Part shown: positions 1-8,179 of the stretch, piece after piece
How the letters are laid out: each line of letters opens with the position of its first letter
Position numbering within the stretch: position 1 is the stretch's first letter
Notes under the pieces: generated by a model
Told to the model about the DNA's origin: nothing
The model's input: only the letters and a program-made list of their open reading frames with translations
Database searches by the model: none
Position numbers and translations under genes: made by a program
NCBI GenBank assembly: GCA_001595785.1
Contig: LSSJ01000023.1
Span: forward strand, 4,870 to 68,869
Reading direction: 5' to 3'
Length of the DNA stretch: 64,000 bases
Source: Euryarchaeota archaeon SM23-78
GTDB taxonomy: Archaea; Nanobdellota; Nanobdellia; Woesearchaeales; SM23-78

Positions 1-2328
1 ATAGTCTTCTTGTGCAATAACAATATCTCCAAGCTCAAACCCATCACTAGGCTTATTGGCTGCTTTACCAGGAGACTCGTAATCAATGAATTTCTTAACA
101 TAATAATAAGGAAAAGTTGCTATTTTTTGTGGTAAAACATGTTTTTTGTCCTCTTCGAATTTTATCTCGTAATGAATTGCATCGTCTGATGTAGTTGGTG
201 CAAGAACCTTGCTTACTTTGCCTTTTCTAAAATTATATTTAACATCTCTAGGCTCTAGAGAGGATATAATTACAGGGTCTCCAACTTTGAATACCTCATC
301 AAGAGAAGATTCAGCTTGTTGAGCACTTGCCTGAGACTGCTCTTTGCCTGTTTCAGGTTTTTGTTGTATCTCTGGTTTTTTCATATACTTTTTTTGAGGT
401 TGTTTTTCAGCAGGCTTTGTAACTGGTTTCTTCATTGGCTTGGTTTCTGATTCTTTTAGCAGTTCTTCTAGTTCTTGTTCTTCTTTTTCAGTATGAGCAC
501 TGATTACCTTGTTTACATAACTCATAAGGGCTTTCTCTCTTGTTTTAGGATTAATAAAGCCCTTCATGAATTCAAGAGTTGATTGATCATACTCACCAAC
601 ATAGATTTTGCTCTTAATAAAGAGTTTATCTCCATCATAGATGACTGTGCCACCTGTTCCTATTAGTTTATCATTGGCTCCAAGCTGACCAGCAGATATG
701 ATTGCTTGCTCCAAGGTAAAATCCTTATTTTTAAGTAGTTGATTCAGAACTTTTCCACTCCATGACCTATAATTGGAATGTACTTGGTAATCATCTGCAT
801 ATTCCACTATCTCATCTGCAAAGTCTATGACTAAAGGGTTTATTCCGTTCAGAATAGATATGTATTTTAGGAGGGTTTGGTTCTGTTCATGTGCAGCTCC
901 TGCTATTATAAAGTCAGTCATAAACCTAATGGCTTTCTCATCATTGGTTTTCTTTAGGTCCTTGTAGATGTTGTTTGTTATTCTATTTGAAATAAGTTTT
1001 TTTAGTTTAGGCAAGGTTGCATACTCATCAGGCACTAACTGGCCTGCTTCTTTAATAGCCTTTTCAAGCCCGCTTTCTTTTGTGAATATATTGCATAGTA
1101 CTTTGTCTAGGAATCCAGCAAACTTATTGCTGGTGTATTCATAATCATTAAGGTACTCTATTGCTTTTCTAGTAAAGACATGGGTAATTTTCTTTAGGCT
1201 GGGCTTTTTTCCTTTTGTCTTCTCTTCCTCTGCTTCTGTACCAACAGCTGTACTGTAGTGTACTCTTCTACCATGCCCAATAGTAGTTGGGGTTGTATAC
1301 ACAGGGTGTCCAACTGGTGTGCCATAAGTATAATCATACCCATAGTCATATCCATACTGCCAGTTCTGTTTTCTTCCACCCCTAAATGTTCTTTGCAGCC
1401 AGTTAGGGAAATCAATCTTGGCTTTAATCTCTTTTCTTAGTTCTTCTTCTGTGAATGTAATATCATCTGGTACTTCTATAACCTTTACTGGCACTTTACT
1501 CTTGTACTGCTTTTTCTTGCCAGAAATAACATCTTCTTCTAGTACTGCTATTTCTCCGTAAGGTTCACTAGCATTATTATTAACCACAATACTGTAGCAG
1601 TAGCCTATCATCTTGGTCTCTTTGACTTCAAACTTTGAGAGCCCTATCAAGTCATTAAGTAAGGCTAGAGCTAGCTTTTTTGGGTCTTTGCCATCTGGTT
1701 TTATACCATATTTTTTAAGTAGACTAATGGCTGCTTCATTATCTTGTAACAAGTATTCGATTACTGCGTCTTCCTGGTCTTTTCCATTAATAACTATTTT
1801 ATCTTCCAATATTTTCTTTTCAGCTGTGCTCTCAATCAGATTCAGGGCCTTCTTGGTGGGCTTCTCAGTGTTAAGTGAGACAGAGTTAAGCACAGTATAG
1901 ATGTTATTATCATCTGTACCTGAGTGAAAGGTGCCAAAATCAGCATGATTATGAATCCATCCTAGTATCTGATAATTCTTTTGTTTATTCTTATTTATCT
2001 GTTCAACCTCTCTGGTTGCTAGTGCAACCTTGGCTCCTTCTACTTTTACAAAGGCAGATGAGACATCCTGGTCCTTGGCTAGGATTAGGTCTCTTACAAT
2101 GTTCTGCTCATCATCCTTTTTTCCAGCTATAAAGCCATACCACTCATAGGCCTGTCTTCCTATTTCCTTTACTAAAGGGCCATAGGCCTGTGCTTTTTCA
2201 AGGGCTTTGGTAGTTATGGGTATCTCTACTGGAATGATTATGCTTTCTTCTTGGTTTTTGGCTTGAGATGTTTGTAACAGTTCTTCTAGTTCACCTTCCT
2301 CTTCTTGCACTGGCTGGTTTTTTGCCAT
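1..2328 (-). CDS. JAMM/MPN+ metalloprotease-domain protein with a long C-terminal extension (3' partial, runs off window; absent from supplied ORF track)
   Basis: My translation of the minus strand from the ATG at 2328-2326 stays open to nt 1 (about 776 codons). It has the upstream Glu motif AYEWYGFIAG and an exact H-x-H-x7-S-x2-D motif, GWIHNHADFGTFHSGTDD (about nt 1903-1950, in frame with the ATG). The start overlaps the upstream stop as TAATG. Confidence 0.8.
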   Translation of the reverse strand, partial: MAKNQPVQEEEGELEELLQTSQAKNQEESIIIPVEIPITTKALEKAQAYGPLVKEIGRQAYEWYGFIAGKKDDEQNIVRDLILAKDQDVSSAFVKVEGAKVALATREVEQINKNKQKNYQILGWIHNHADFGTFHSGTDDNNIYTVLNSVSLNTEKPTKKALNLIESTAEKKILEDKIVINGKDQEDAVIEYLLQDNEAAISLLKKYGIKPDGKDPKKLALALLNDLIGLSKFEVKETKMIGYCYSIVVNNNASEPYGEIAVLEEDVISGKKKQYKSKVPVKVIEVPDDITFTEEELRKEIKAKIDFPNWLQRTFRGGRKQNWQYGYDYGYDYTYGTPVGHPVYTTPTTIGHGRRVHYSTAVGTEAEEEKTKGKKPSLKKITHVFTRKAIEYLNDYEYTSNKFAGFLDKVLCNIFTKESGLEKAIKEAGQLVPDEYATLPKLKKLISNRITNNIYKDLKKTNDEKAIRFMTDFIIAGAAHEQNQTLLKYISILNGINPLVIDFADEIVEYADDYQVHSNYRSWSGKVLNQLLKNKDFTLEQAIISAGQLGANDKLIGTGGTVIYDGDKLFIKSKIYVGEYDQSTLEFMKGFINPKTREKALMSYVNKVISAHTEKEEQELEELLKESETKPMKKPVTKPAEKQPQKKYMKKPEIQQKPETGKEQSQASAQQAESSLDEVFKVGDPVIISSLEPRDVKYNFRKGKVSKVLAPTTSDDAIHYEIKFEEDKKHVLPQKIATFPYYYVKKFIDYESPGKAANKPSDGFELGDIVIAQEDY

Positions 2329-3743
2329 TAAAACACCTCCTTAAGCTTCTTCAAAAGATTTTCTTTATGAACATTAGTGATGGGTAATTTTTTTCTCTTG
2401 ATTTGTTCCTTGCTTATTTTTCTGTTGCTAAAATTACCTGCTCTATGATAAGGACCGCAGGATTGTGTATAACCACTTAAAAGTACGTTTCTTGCATCAG
2501 ATAGCAGAGTAGCTACTTTGCTGGCATCATCAAGTCTACCAAGCTTAGACCTACTATATGTTCCCATACAAATGGTTTGCCAAGGATCATAGTAACTTAG
2601 GAATGGGTGAGAATAAGTTTCAATTACACGTGGATCTCCTACTTCAAACCTATCTTTATCCCTATTATAATACACCCTAACAGCAACCCTGCACTTACCA
2701 AAGCGATAATATCTATCTTCAGAAGGGTTTTTTACATCTTTTAGTACATGCTCTGGAACATGCGCATACACATAGTAATCAGACCCGTGTTTCTTAAAGC
2801 CAACATTACCTGCATCATATTCGGTTTTTTCAAAGAACTTTTCTAAGGCTTTGTTCTGCTCTTTTAGCTCCCTGATTTGGTTTATCTGTTCTTCAAACTC
2901 ATCAACTGCTTGCACATTGAACTGAGCTTCTAACTTATTCTGATAAGCATACTCAACCTCATCCACAGTGGTGTGTTGAATTAGTGAGTAGTTCTGTTTT
3001 CCTATGTTTATACATATTCCTTGCTCTCCTTTAAAAGGAGACAGTCTGTAAACAAGGCCTTTAAAAACCAGTACATCATTGTTACCCAGGATATTTGTAA
3101 GCTCTGTATCAGGGCTTTGCTTTTTTCTTTTAGCTACAGGTTTTTGCTCTAGGATGCCTGTCTGCTTATAGTAGTTGGTTAATAATGAGTCTAACTCTAA
3201 ATCCTCTTCTGGAGTTAGCTCTGGCTCTTGTGCTTCTGGGGGCCTGAGTTCTTGTAGGAGTTCTTGTTTTATCTGAGAAACATCAACTTTTAGCTCATCT
3301 CTGTCAACAGCATCCATCACCAGCTTGTCTATGCTTTTTTTCTGTTTATCTTCTTCTATAGTTTCTCCTTTAAGAAGAGCATCAACTCCATCTCTGTCTT
3401 CCATGAATAAAGGGAATACCTCATAGAGGATAAAGCGCAGAACCTTGTTCTCATCAACATATTTTTGCATCTCTCTATTACTTTTCATCTCTTGTTTTAG
3501 TCTCTCTTCTATAAAGGACTTTTTATAGTGAAAGATTTCTTCACTGTTTAGGCCTAGGTAAAACTTTTCTAGCTCATCCAAAGTGGTGCTTGGATATAAT
3601 CCTAGTTCTAGTTTTCCTGCTCTTACAAAGCCGTCCCTACTTTTTCCCTCTGCTATTTGATAAACTTGGTTCTGGAAAATAACAAAAGGGGGTTTTTCTG
3701 CTAGCTTTGCAAAAAAGGTTTTAGGTATCATTATAATCCTCAC
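2328..3743 (-). CDS. Hypothetical 471-aa protein with an internal duplication and a C-terminal Cys-containing module (possible E2/UBC-like, unproven)
   Basis: Track ORF with a GTG start overlapping the upstream stop (GTGA). Two repeats: FVIFQNQVYQIAEGK..TLDELEKFY and VLVFKGLVYRLSPFKG..TVDEVEYAY. C-terminal SHPFLSYYDPWQTICMG (His379, Cys392 at nt 2568-2570) is followed by a helix, ASKVATLLSDARNVLL. Confidence 0.6.
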   Translation of the reverse strand: MRIIMIPKTFFAKLAEKPPFVIFQNQVYQIAEGKSRDGFVRAGKLELGLYPSTTLDELEKFYLGLNSEEIFHYKKSFIEERLKQEMKSNREMQKYVDENKVLRFILYEVFPLFMEDRDGVDALLKGETIEEDKQKKSIDKLVMDAVDRDELKVDVSQIKQELLQELRPPEAQEPELTPEEDLELDSLLTNYYKQTGILEQKPVAKRKKQSPDTELTNILGNNDVLVFKGLVYRLSPFKGEQGICINIGKQNYSLIQHTTVDEVEYAYQNKLEAQFNVQAVDEFEEQINQIRELKEQNKALEKFFEKTEYDAGNVGFKKHGSDYYVYAHVPEHVLKDVKNPSEDRYYRFGKCRVAVRVYYNRDKDRFEVGDPRVIETYSHPFLSYYDPWQTICMGTYSRSKLGRLDDASKVATLLSDARNVLLSGYTQSCGPYHRAGNFSNRKISKEQIKRKKLPITNVHKENLLKKLKEVF

Positions 3744-4144
3744 ATATAAAGTTTTAATCCGCCTTCTTGGTCTTGAGCTACAATTATTTCAGCTTCTTTG
3801 TAATTTAGTCCAGATTGGGACTTCTTGGCCACAAGGTAGTCTGCTAATTTTTGTGAGCCTTTTGCTGGTTCATCATTCACTGTAACTCCATATGCTTCTC
3901 TCATCTCTACCTTGATTCTGTCTGCTATTCTTGCGTTTTTTCTAGTTAGCTCTGGCTCATTTACTGCATACTTGATTACTTGATCTATAGTTGCATCTGA
4001 CAGTTCATCCGGTAGAATTAGCTTCACTGATTTTTCACTTGAACTCCCTGGCTTTATCTTAATTACTCTTGGCAACTCTGCTTGTACTTTCTCGTCAAGA
4101 CTGATTGCTTTGTTTGCCTCTTCTTTTGGTTTTGTTTTTTCCAT
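3740..4144 (-). CDS. Small 134-aa protein with a Gly-Gly five residues from the C-terminus (candidate ubiquitin-like pro-protein)
   Basis: Track ORF. The C-terminus reads KLADYLVAKKSQSGLNYKEAEIIVAQDQEGG-LKLYM, with GG codons at 3758-3763. It is translationally coupled to the next gene. Confidence 0.55.
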   Translation of the reverse strand: MEKTKPKEEANKAISLDEKVQAELPRVIKIKPGSSSEKSVKLILPDELSDATIDQVIKYAVNEPELTRKNARIADRIKVEMREAYGVTVNDEPAKGSQKLADYLVAKKSQSGLNYKEAEIIVAQDQEGGLKLYM

Positions 4145-4156
4145 CTTCTTACCTCC

Positions 4157-4693
4157 TTATCTTTTTATATAATTTTTTCCAAATTTTTTGTAACGCAGCT
4201 TGGCTGCAAATACTTCTTCCACAAGGGGAAAGGTCTTTCTTAGGATTTTGTAGGCTTTTTCCCATGCTTCTGGCTCTGCTTTTCCAGAAACTCCTATCTC
4301 TATCTTCTGGCTCTGGTCACCTAAGGGATAGCAAAGAATCCCTGGTTGGGCATGGTCTCCATGCCCTATGGTCCCTCCTGTGAATATGCAGTATGGAATA
4401 ATGTATTTCCCTGCTTGTTTTCCTAGTTTAAAGCCCAGTTTTTCAGGTTTTGCTCCTTCTTTCTCTGGTATGTTTAGATCTATGATTGCAAGCGCATATA
4501 CCTTTTCTTCAAGCTTGGTTTGGGCTTCTTGATAGGTTTGGGCAAAGTCAACATTTATGTTATTTATTTTATCAAAGAAAAGTTTTGCACCTACTCTGTT
4601 CATTAAATCGTCTTCAACTATTAGGAGTTCTAATGGTGTCTTGGTGTTCAATTTGTGCCTCCTCTTTGTTTTATTTGTATTTTCCCCCTTCAT
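4157..4693 (-). CDS. CheY-like receiver (REC) domain protein, stand-alone
   Basis: LELLIVEDD, AIIDLNIP (putative phospho-Asp) and CIFTGG motifs. I prefer the ATG at 4693 (MKGENTNK) over the track start at 4735, because an A/T-rich TATA-like box at 4713-4728 lies about 27 nt upstream. Confidence 0.6.
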   Translation of the reverse strand: MKGENTNKTKRRHKLNTKTPLELLIVEDDLMNRVGAKLFFDKINNINVDFAQTYQEAQTKLEEKVYALAIIDLNIPEKEGAKPEKLGFKLGKQAGKYIIPYCIFTGGTIGHGDHAQPGILCYPLGDQSQKIEIGVSGKAEPEAWEKAYKILRKTFPLVEEVFAAKLRYKKFGKNYIKR

Positions 4694-4845
4694 AATGGTA
4701 AAGTGGAAAGGGAAAAATATATATTTTACGTACATACAAGCATTATAACACGTTTTATATATACTTCGTCTCTACTTAGTGAGTTCAAGTTCATCCCCCA
4801 TTACTCTTGTTACATAATCAGTCAAAAGCTACATTATTTATACTA

Positions 4846-4869
4846 TTGTTGTAGAAAAATCTACAACAA
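4846..4869. repeat. Perfect 10-bp inverted repeat with a 4-nt loop (TTGTTGTAGA aaaa TCTACAACAA)
   Basis: Read directly. Arms are 4846-4855 and 4860-4869. It lies between the Zn-ribbon gene and the REC operon. Confidence 0.9.
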
Positions 4870-5085
4870 ATTTAATTAAGGTTTTTGAGTCAAGTTCGAG
4901 CTTCCCTTCTTTCTGAAGTTCTTTCTTACTCATCTTATCTCAACCTTTCAATTTTTCATCTCACACAGTATCTTTTGTCAAATTCTTGAGCTTTTATTCT
5001 GCCTGGATAGACAAATCCGTCAGGACCAATAGTATAAACCACTGATCTAGCTTCCTGCCTAACAGGGAAAAGTTTTTTCTGCTGC

Positions 5086-5238
5086 TCATTTTTTCTTTGG
5101 CATCCATCCATTTTTTTCCACCTCTATTTTTGTCGTGCTTATTTTTCCAGGGTAGTCAAATCTTCTTTTGCATCTTGGGCAGGACTTTGGTTGTTCTACT
5201 TTGGGTGTCCATTCATAATCGCATTTTTCGCATATCAT
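5086..5238 (-). CDS. Small zinc-ribbon protein (50 aa, below the ORF-track cutoff)
   Basis: My translation is MICEKCDYEWTPKVEQPKSCPRCKRRFDYPGKISTTKIEVEKNGWMPKKK. It has paired CxxC motifs, and a GAGGT sequence lies about 8 nt upstream of the ATG. Confidence 0.5.
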   Translation of the reverse strand: MICEKCDYEWTPKVEQPKSCPRCKRRFDYPGKISTTKIEVEKNGWMPKKK

Positions 5239-5385
5239 TTTTGAACCTCTGAGCTTGTAACTACTAAATAATGGTTATAATAATAGTAATAGAACCCATT
5301 TCGGATTAATATTTTTCTGATATTATTAATATCAATAATATTAAAATAGAAAGTTTTAAATATAAATAAGGCTTGATATCTGGGT

Positions 5386-6309
5386 ATGAAGCGTAAAGTG
5401 ATAAAACAAGGCGGGGGCGGCTTCACAGTCTACCTGCCAAAGAAATGGGCTGATAAAAAAGGCTTAAAGCCAGGAGACCAAATAGATATCAAGGAAACAG
5501 GCACAGCCCTAACCCTAGACACAGAAGTAAAAGAAAGAAAACAAACAAGCATAGAAATAACAGAAGAAAACAGAGCAGACATAAAGAATATTCTCACCCA
5601 CCTTTATAGAAGAGGCTTTGATATAATAATCATAACCAACACAGATAAAGAACTTCAAGATGAGATAAAAGCAATCACAAATAATATATTATTAGGCTTT
5701 GAGATTACTGAAAAACAAGAAAAAAGCTGTAAAATAGAGAATATCTCAGAGCCAACAGAAGAAAAATATGATGTGCTTCTAAGGAGAGTGTTCTTAATAA
5801 TAAAAGAAACTCAAAGGATAGTAAATAATGACTTCGAGAACAACAAGTTCAGGAGCATGAAAGAAATACAAGAGTTCAGAGACCAGCAAGATAGATACAT
5901 CTTGTTCTGCAGGAGAATACTCACCAAAGAAAGGTTTGAAATAGAAAACCCATCTCTTGAATGGGAGCTCCTCACCTTTTTAATGCACATAGAGCATGCA
6001 TATTACTACCTGTATCAATATGCCTCAAAAAACCAGTTAAAAAAGAACAAAAACATACTCGAGCTATTAGAGCACCTGGAAGAATACTTTCAGCTCTACT
6101 ACAATGCTTACTATAAGAAAGATATCAGATCCATCCACAAAATAAACCAGCTAAGAAACAAATATCAATTTGGCAAATGCTACCAATACCTAGAACAATC
6201 AAAATCAAATGACACAATAGCCTTATCATATATAAGAGAACTATTCAGACTTATACAGATAGGAACCAGTCCTATTTTGAGTGAGTATCTTGAGAAGATT
6301 CTTGACTAG
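5386..6309 (+). CDS. AbrB/SpoVT-domain plus PhoU-like domain regulator (archaeal phosphate-uptake-regulator type)
   Basis: The N-terminus VIKQGGGGFTVYLPKKWADKKGLKPGDQIDI is a typical AbrB looped-hinge motif, followed by a helical PhoU-like remainder. A TATA-like TTTAAATATAAATA lies upstream. Confidence 0.6.
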   Translation: MKRKVIKQGGGGFTVYLPKKWADKKGLKPGDQIDIKETGTALTLDTEVKERKQTSIEITEENRADIKNILTHLYRRGFDIIIITNTDKELQDEIKAITNNILLGFEITEKQEKSCKIENISEPTEEKYDVLLRRVFLIIKETQRIVNNDFENNKFRSMKEIQEFRDQQDRYILFCRRILTKERFEIENPSLEWELLTFLMHIEHAYYYLYQYASKNQLKKNKNILELLEHLEEYFQLYYNAYYKKDIRSIHKINQLRNKYQFGKCYQYLEQSKSNDTIALSYIRELFRLIQIGTSPILSEYLEKILD

Positions 6310-8179
6310 CAGAATAATTATGTCTGTTGCCATTTACAACTATTCTTTTTGAAATCTCTGGATGATTATAGAGATTATACATAAGCCTTTTTAAGAATAT
6401 TCTTCTTTCCTCAGGAATAATGTGTTTTCCATCCCTGTCCTTTGCATCAACATAATCAGAGAATTTATTACTATTAGCTGCTCTTATAGCAGCGTCCTTC
6501 ATTGGATCTCCAAGATAAGTATGCACAATTGCATCTTCAAAATCAATAAGACCCTTAGACTCATCAATCTGACTTAAATCAATTGCACATGCAAGCAGGT
6601 CTTCTATTTTATCATCTGCATAAATCACACCAGAGGTTGCATTAGAAGGATGAAGATTAGCATATTTTATTATGTAATCAATGGGTTCTGCAGGCGTGCC
6701 TGTTTCATTAGCTGTTTTTATCCATTCTGTAACTATTTTATAAACAAGATTCTCTTTTTTACTTTTTACTACTCTAAAATTATGCCCTTCTTCAAGGTAC
6801 TTATAATTATGTGTTTTTTTACCAAATACTACTAATTCATTAATATTATAAGGCTTGTCAACTTCAAGAAGAACCTCGCTCTTCTCAACAGGCCTTACCT
6901 GGATCCTAGATATAATATCTGTCTTACTTGTATAATCTGGTTTAGGAGATATATAGGCAAGCCAGGCAAATGCACCAATAGCACAGGCTATACCAATCCC
7001 TGTTGGTACACCAACAAATATCTTCTTTTTTATATTTGATTTAAGCTGGTCAATAGCTCTCCTCTCAACCATTCTCTCATTATAAGCCTTTACTGCTTTT
7101 TCAAATTTTTTCTTGAGGTCTTTCCCATCAAAAGAATGCGCATTTTCACCTAAACCAGATGCATCAGCAGCATTATCAGTCTCGCAAAAGCAGTCTCTTA
7201 TAATCTCTGCAAATTCAAAAGGAATCTCATATTCACGAGCAAGTTTTTCATCTATAGTTCTTCTAATGTTGCCAAAATGCTTTAGAGTAGCATTAGAATA
7301 TTCACTTTTACTATAAAATTCCTTCATGTAGTCTTTAAGCTTTTCAAACCCTCCTTTTCCCATAGTCTTATCAATCTCATCCTGAAGAGGATACTTACCA
7401 GTAAACATCTTATAGAGTAGACAACCAAAAGAGAATACATCTGCTGATTTCTCAGGGTGTTCTCCTTCTAAGAACAATCTTGGAGAACGGGTGTACAAGA
7501 AGCCCATGTTATCCCTGGGAGCCACACCAATAGCAATTGATGCATACGTAGAAGTGCCCATATCACTGATAAGTACTTTACCTCTTTTATCAACTGCTAG
7601 GTTGTCAGGTTTTAAATCACAATGAGCCTTTGCATATATCTCATGAATCTCTGCAATACCATTAACAATGTGCTCTGAATAATCAATTACTTCATCAATA
7701 GCCAGACCAGATTTTAGAATAGTTGCTTTTCTGTCACCTACAAAGACATGTCTTGTATTCTTTGATTCTTGAGCAGCATCAAGTATTTCTGATAAAAAGG
7801 TATCATATTTAGGCATCACAATAAAGGGCTTTCCTTCTTCATCAAGCTCAAACCTTCTAGGAACAATATTGGCGCATGCAGTTAGTTTCCCCCCTTCTTT
7901 TCTCATAGCCTCAAACTCATTCAGCTGTCTGTAAAGCATCTGTTTTTCAGCAGTAAGACCCGGAGCCATGACTTTGATAGCCACATCCTCTTTCATAACA
8001 GTGTCCCAGTAATGAGCAACCTTTCCCCAGCATCCTCTTCCTAAGAAGCCTTTTAAAGTATATCTCTCAGATTTGATTAAGTGTTCAAGACCAGAGGATT
8101 CTGTATTTTCAAGTATTTCTTCTACTTCTTCTGATCCCCACTCTTCATTCTCTATTCTTATTTCTGTTTTTTCTTCCAA
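6272..8179 (-). CDS. Ser/Thr protein kinase, N-terminal kinase domain, one TM segment, C-terminal domain
   Basis: GRGCWGKV glycine loop, AIKV, HCDLKPDNLAV catalytic loop, SDMGTS. A TM segment (VGVPTGIGIACAIGAFAWLAYI) follows. Confidence 0.8.
   Translation of the reverse strand: MEEKTEIRIENEEWGSEEVEEILENTESSGLEHLIKSERYTLKGFLGRGCWGKVAHYWDTVMKEDVAIKVMAPGLTAEKQMLYRQLNEFEAMRKEGGKLTACANIVPRRFELDEEGKPFIVMPKYDTFLSEILDAAQESKNTRHVFVGDRKATILKSGLAIDEVIDYSEHIVNGIAEIHEIYAKAHCDLKPDNLAVDKRGKVLISDMGTSTYASIAIGVAPRDNMGFLYTRSPRLFLEGEHPEKSADVFSFGCLLYKMFTGKYPLQDEIDKTMGKGGFEKLKDYMKEFYSKSEYSNATLKHFGNIRRTIDEKLAREYEIPFEFAEIIRDCFCETDNAADASGLGENAHSFDGKDLKKKFEKAVKAYNERMVERRAIDQLKSNIKKKIFVGVPTGIGIACAIGAFAWLAYISPKPDYTSKTDIISRIQVRPVEKSEVLLEVDKPYNINELVVFGKKTHNYKYLEEGHNFRVVKSKKENLVYKIVTEWIKTANETGTPAEPIDYIIKYANLHPSNATSGVIYADDKIEDLLACAIDLSQIDESKGLIDFEDAIVHTYLGDPMKDAAIRAANSNKFSDYVDAKDRDGKHIIPEERRIFLKRLMYNLYNHPEISKRIVVNGNRHNYSASQESSQDTHSK

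Noticed and set aside
1194-1900. Track ORFs 1194-1415(-), 1258-1440(+) and 1613-1900(+)
   Set aside because: They lie inside, out of frame with or antisense to, the long open minus-strand frame (1-2328) that carries a perfect JAMM motif. Their low-complexity sequences have no motifs.
4880-5085. Two 31-codon mini-ORFs downstream of the Zn-ribbon gene (MSSRKNFSLLGRK..., MSKKELQKEGKLELD...)
   Set aside because: They are too short and featureless to support as genes. One spans the 10-bp inverted repeat, which may be the real feature.
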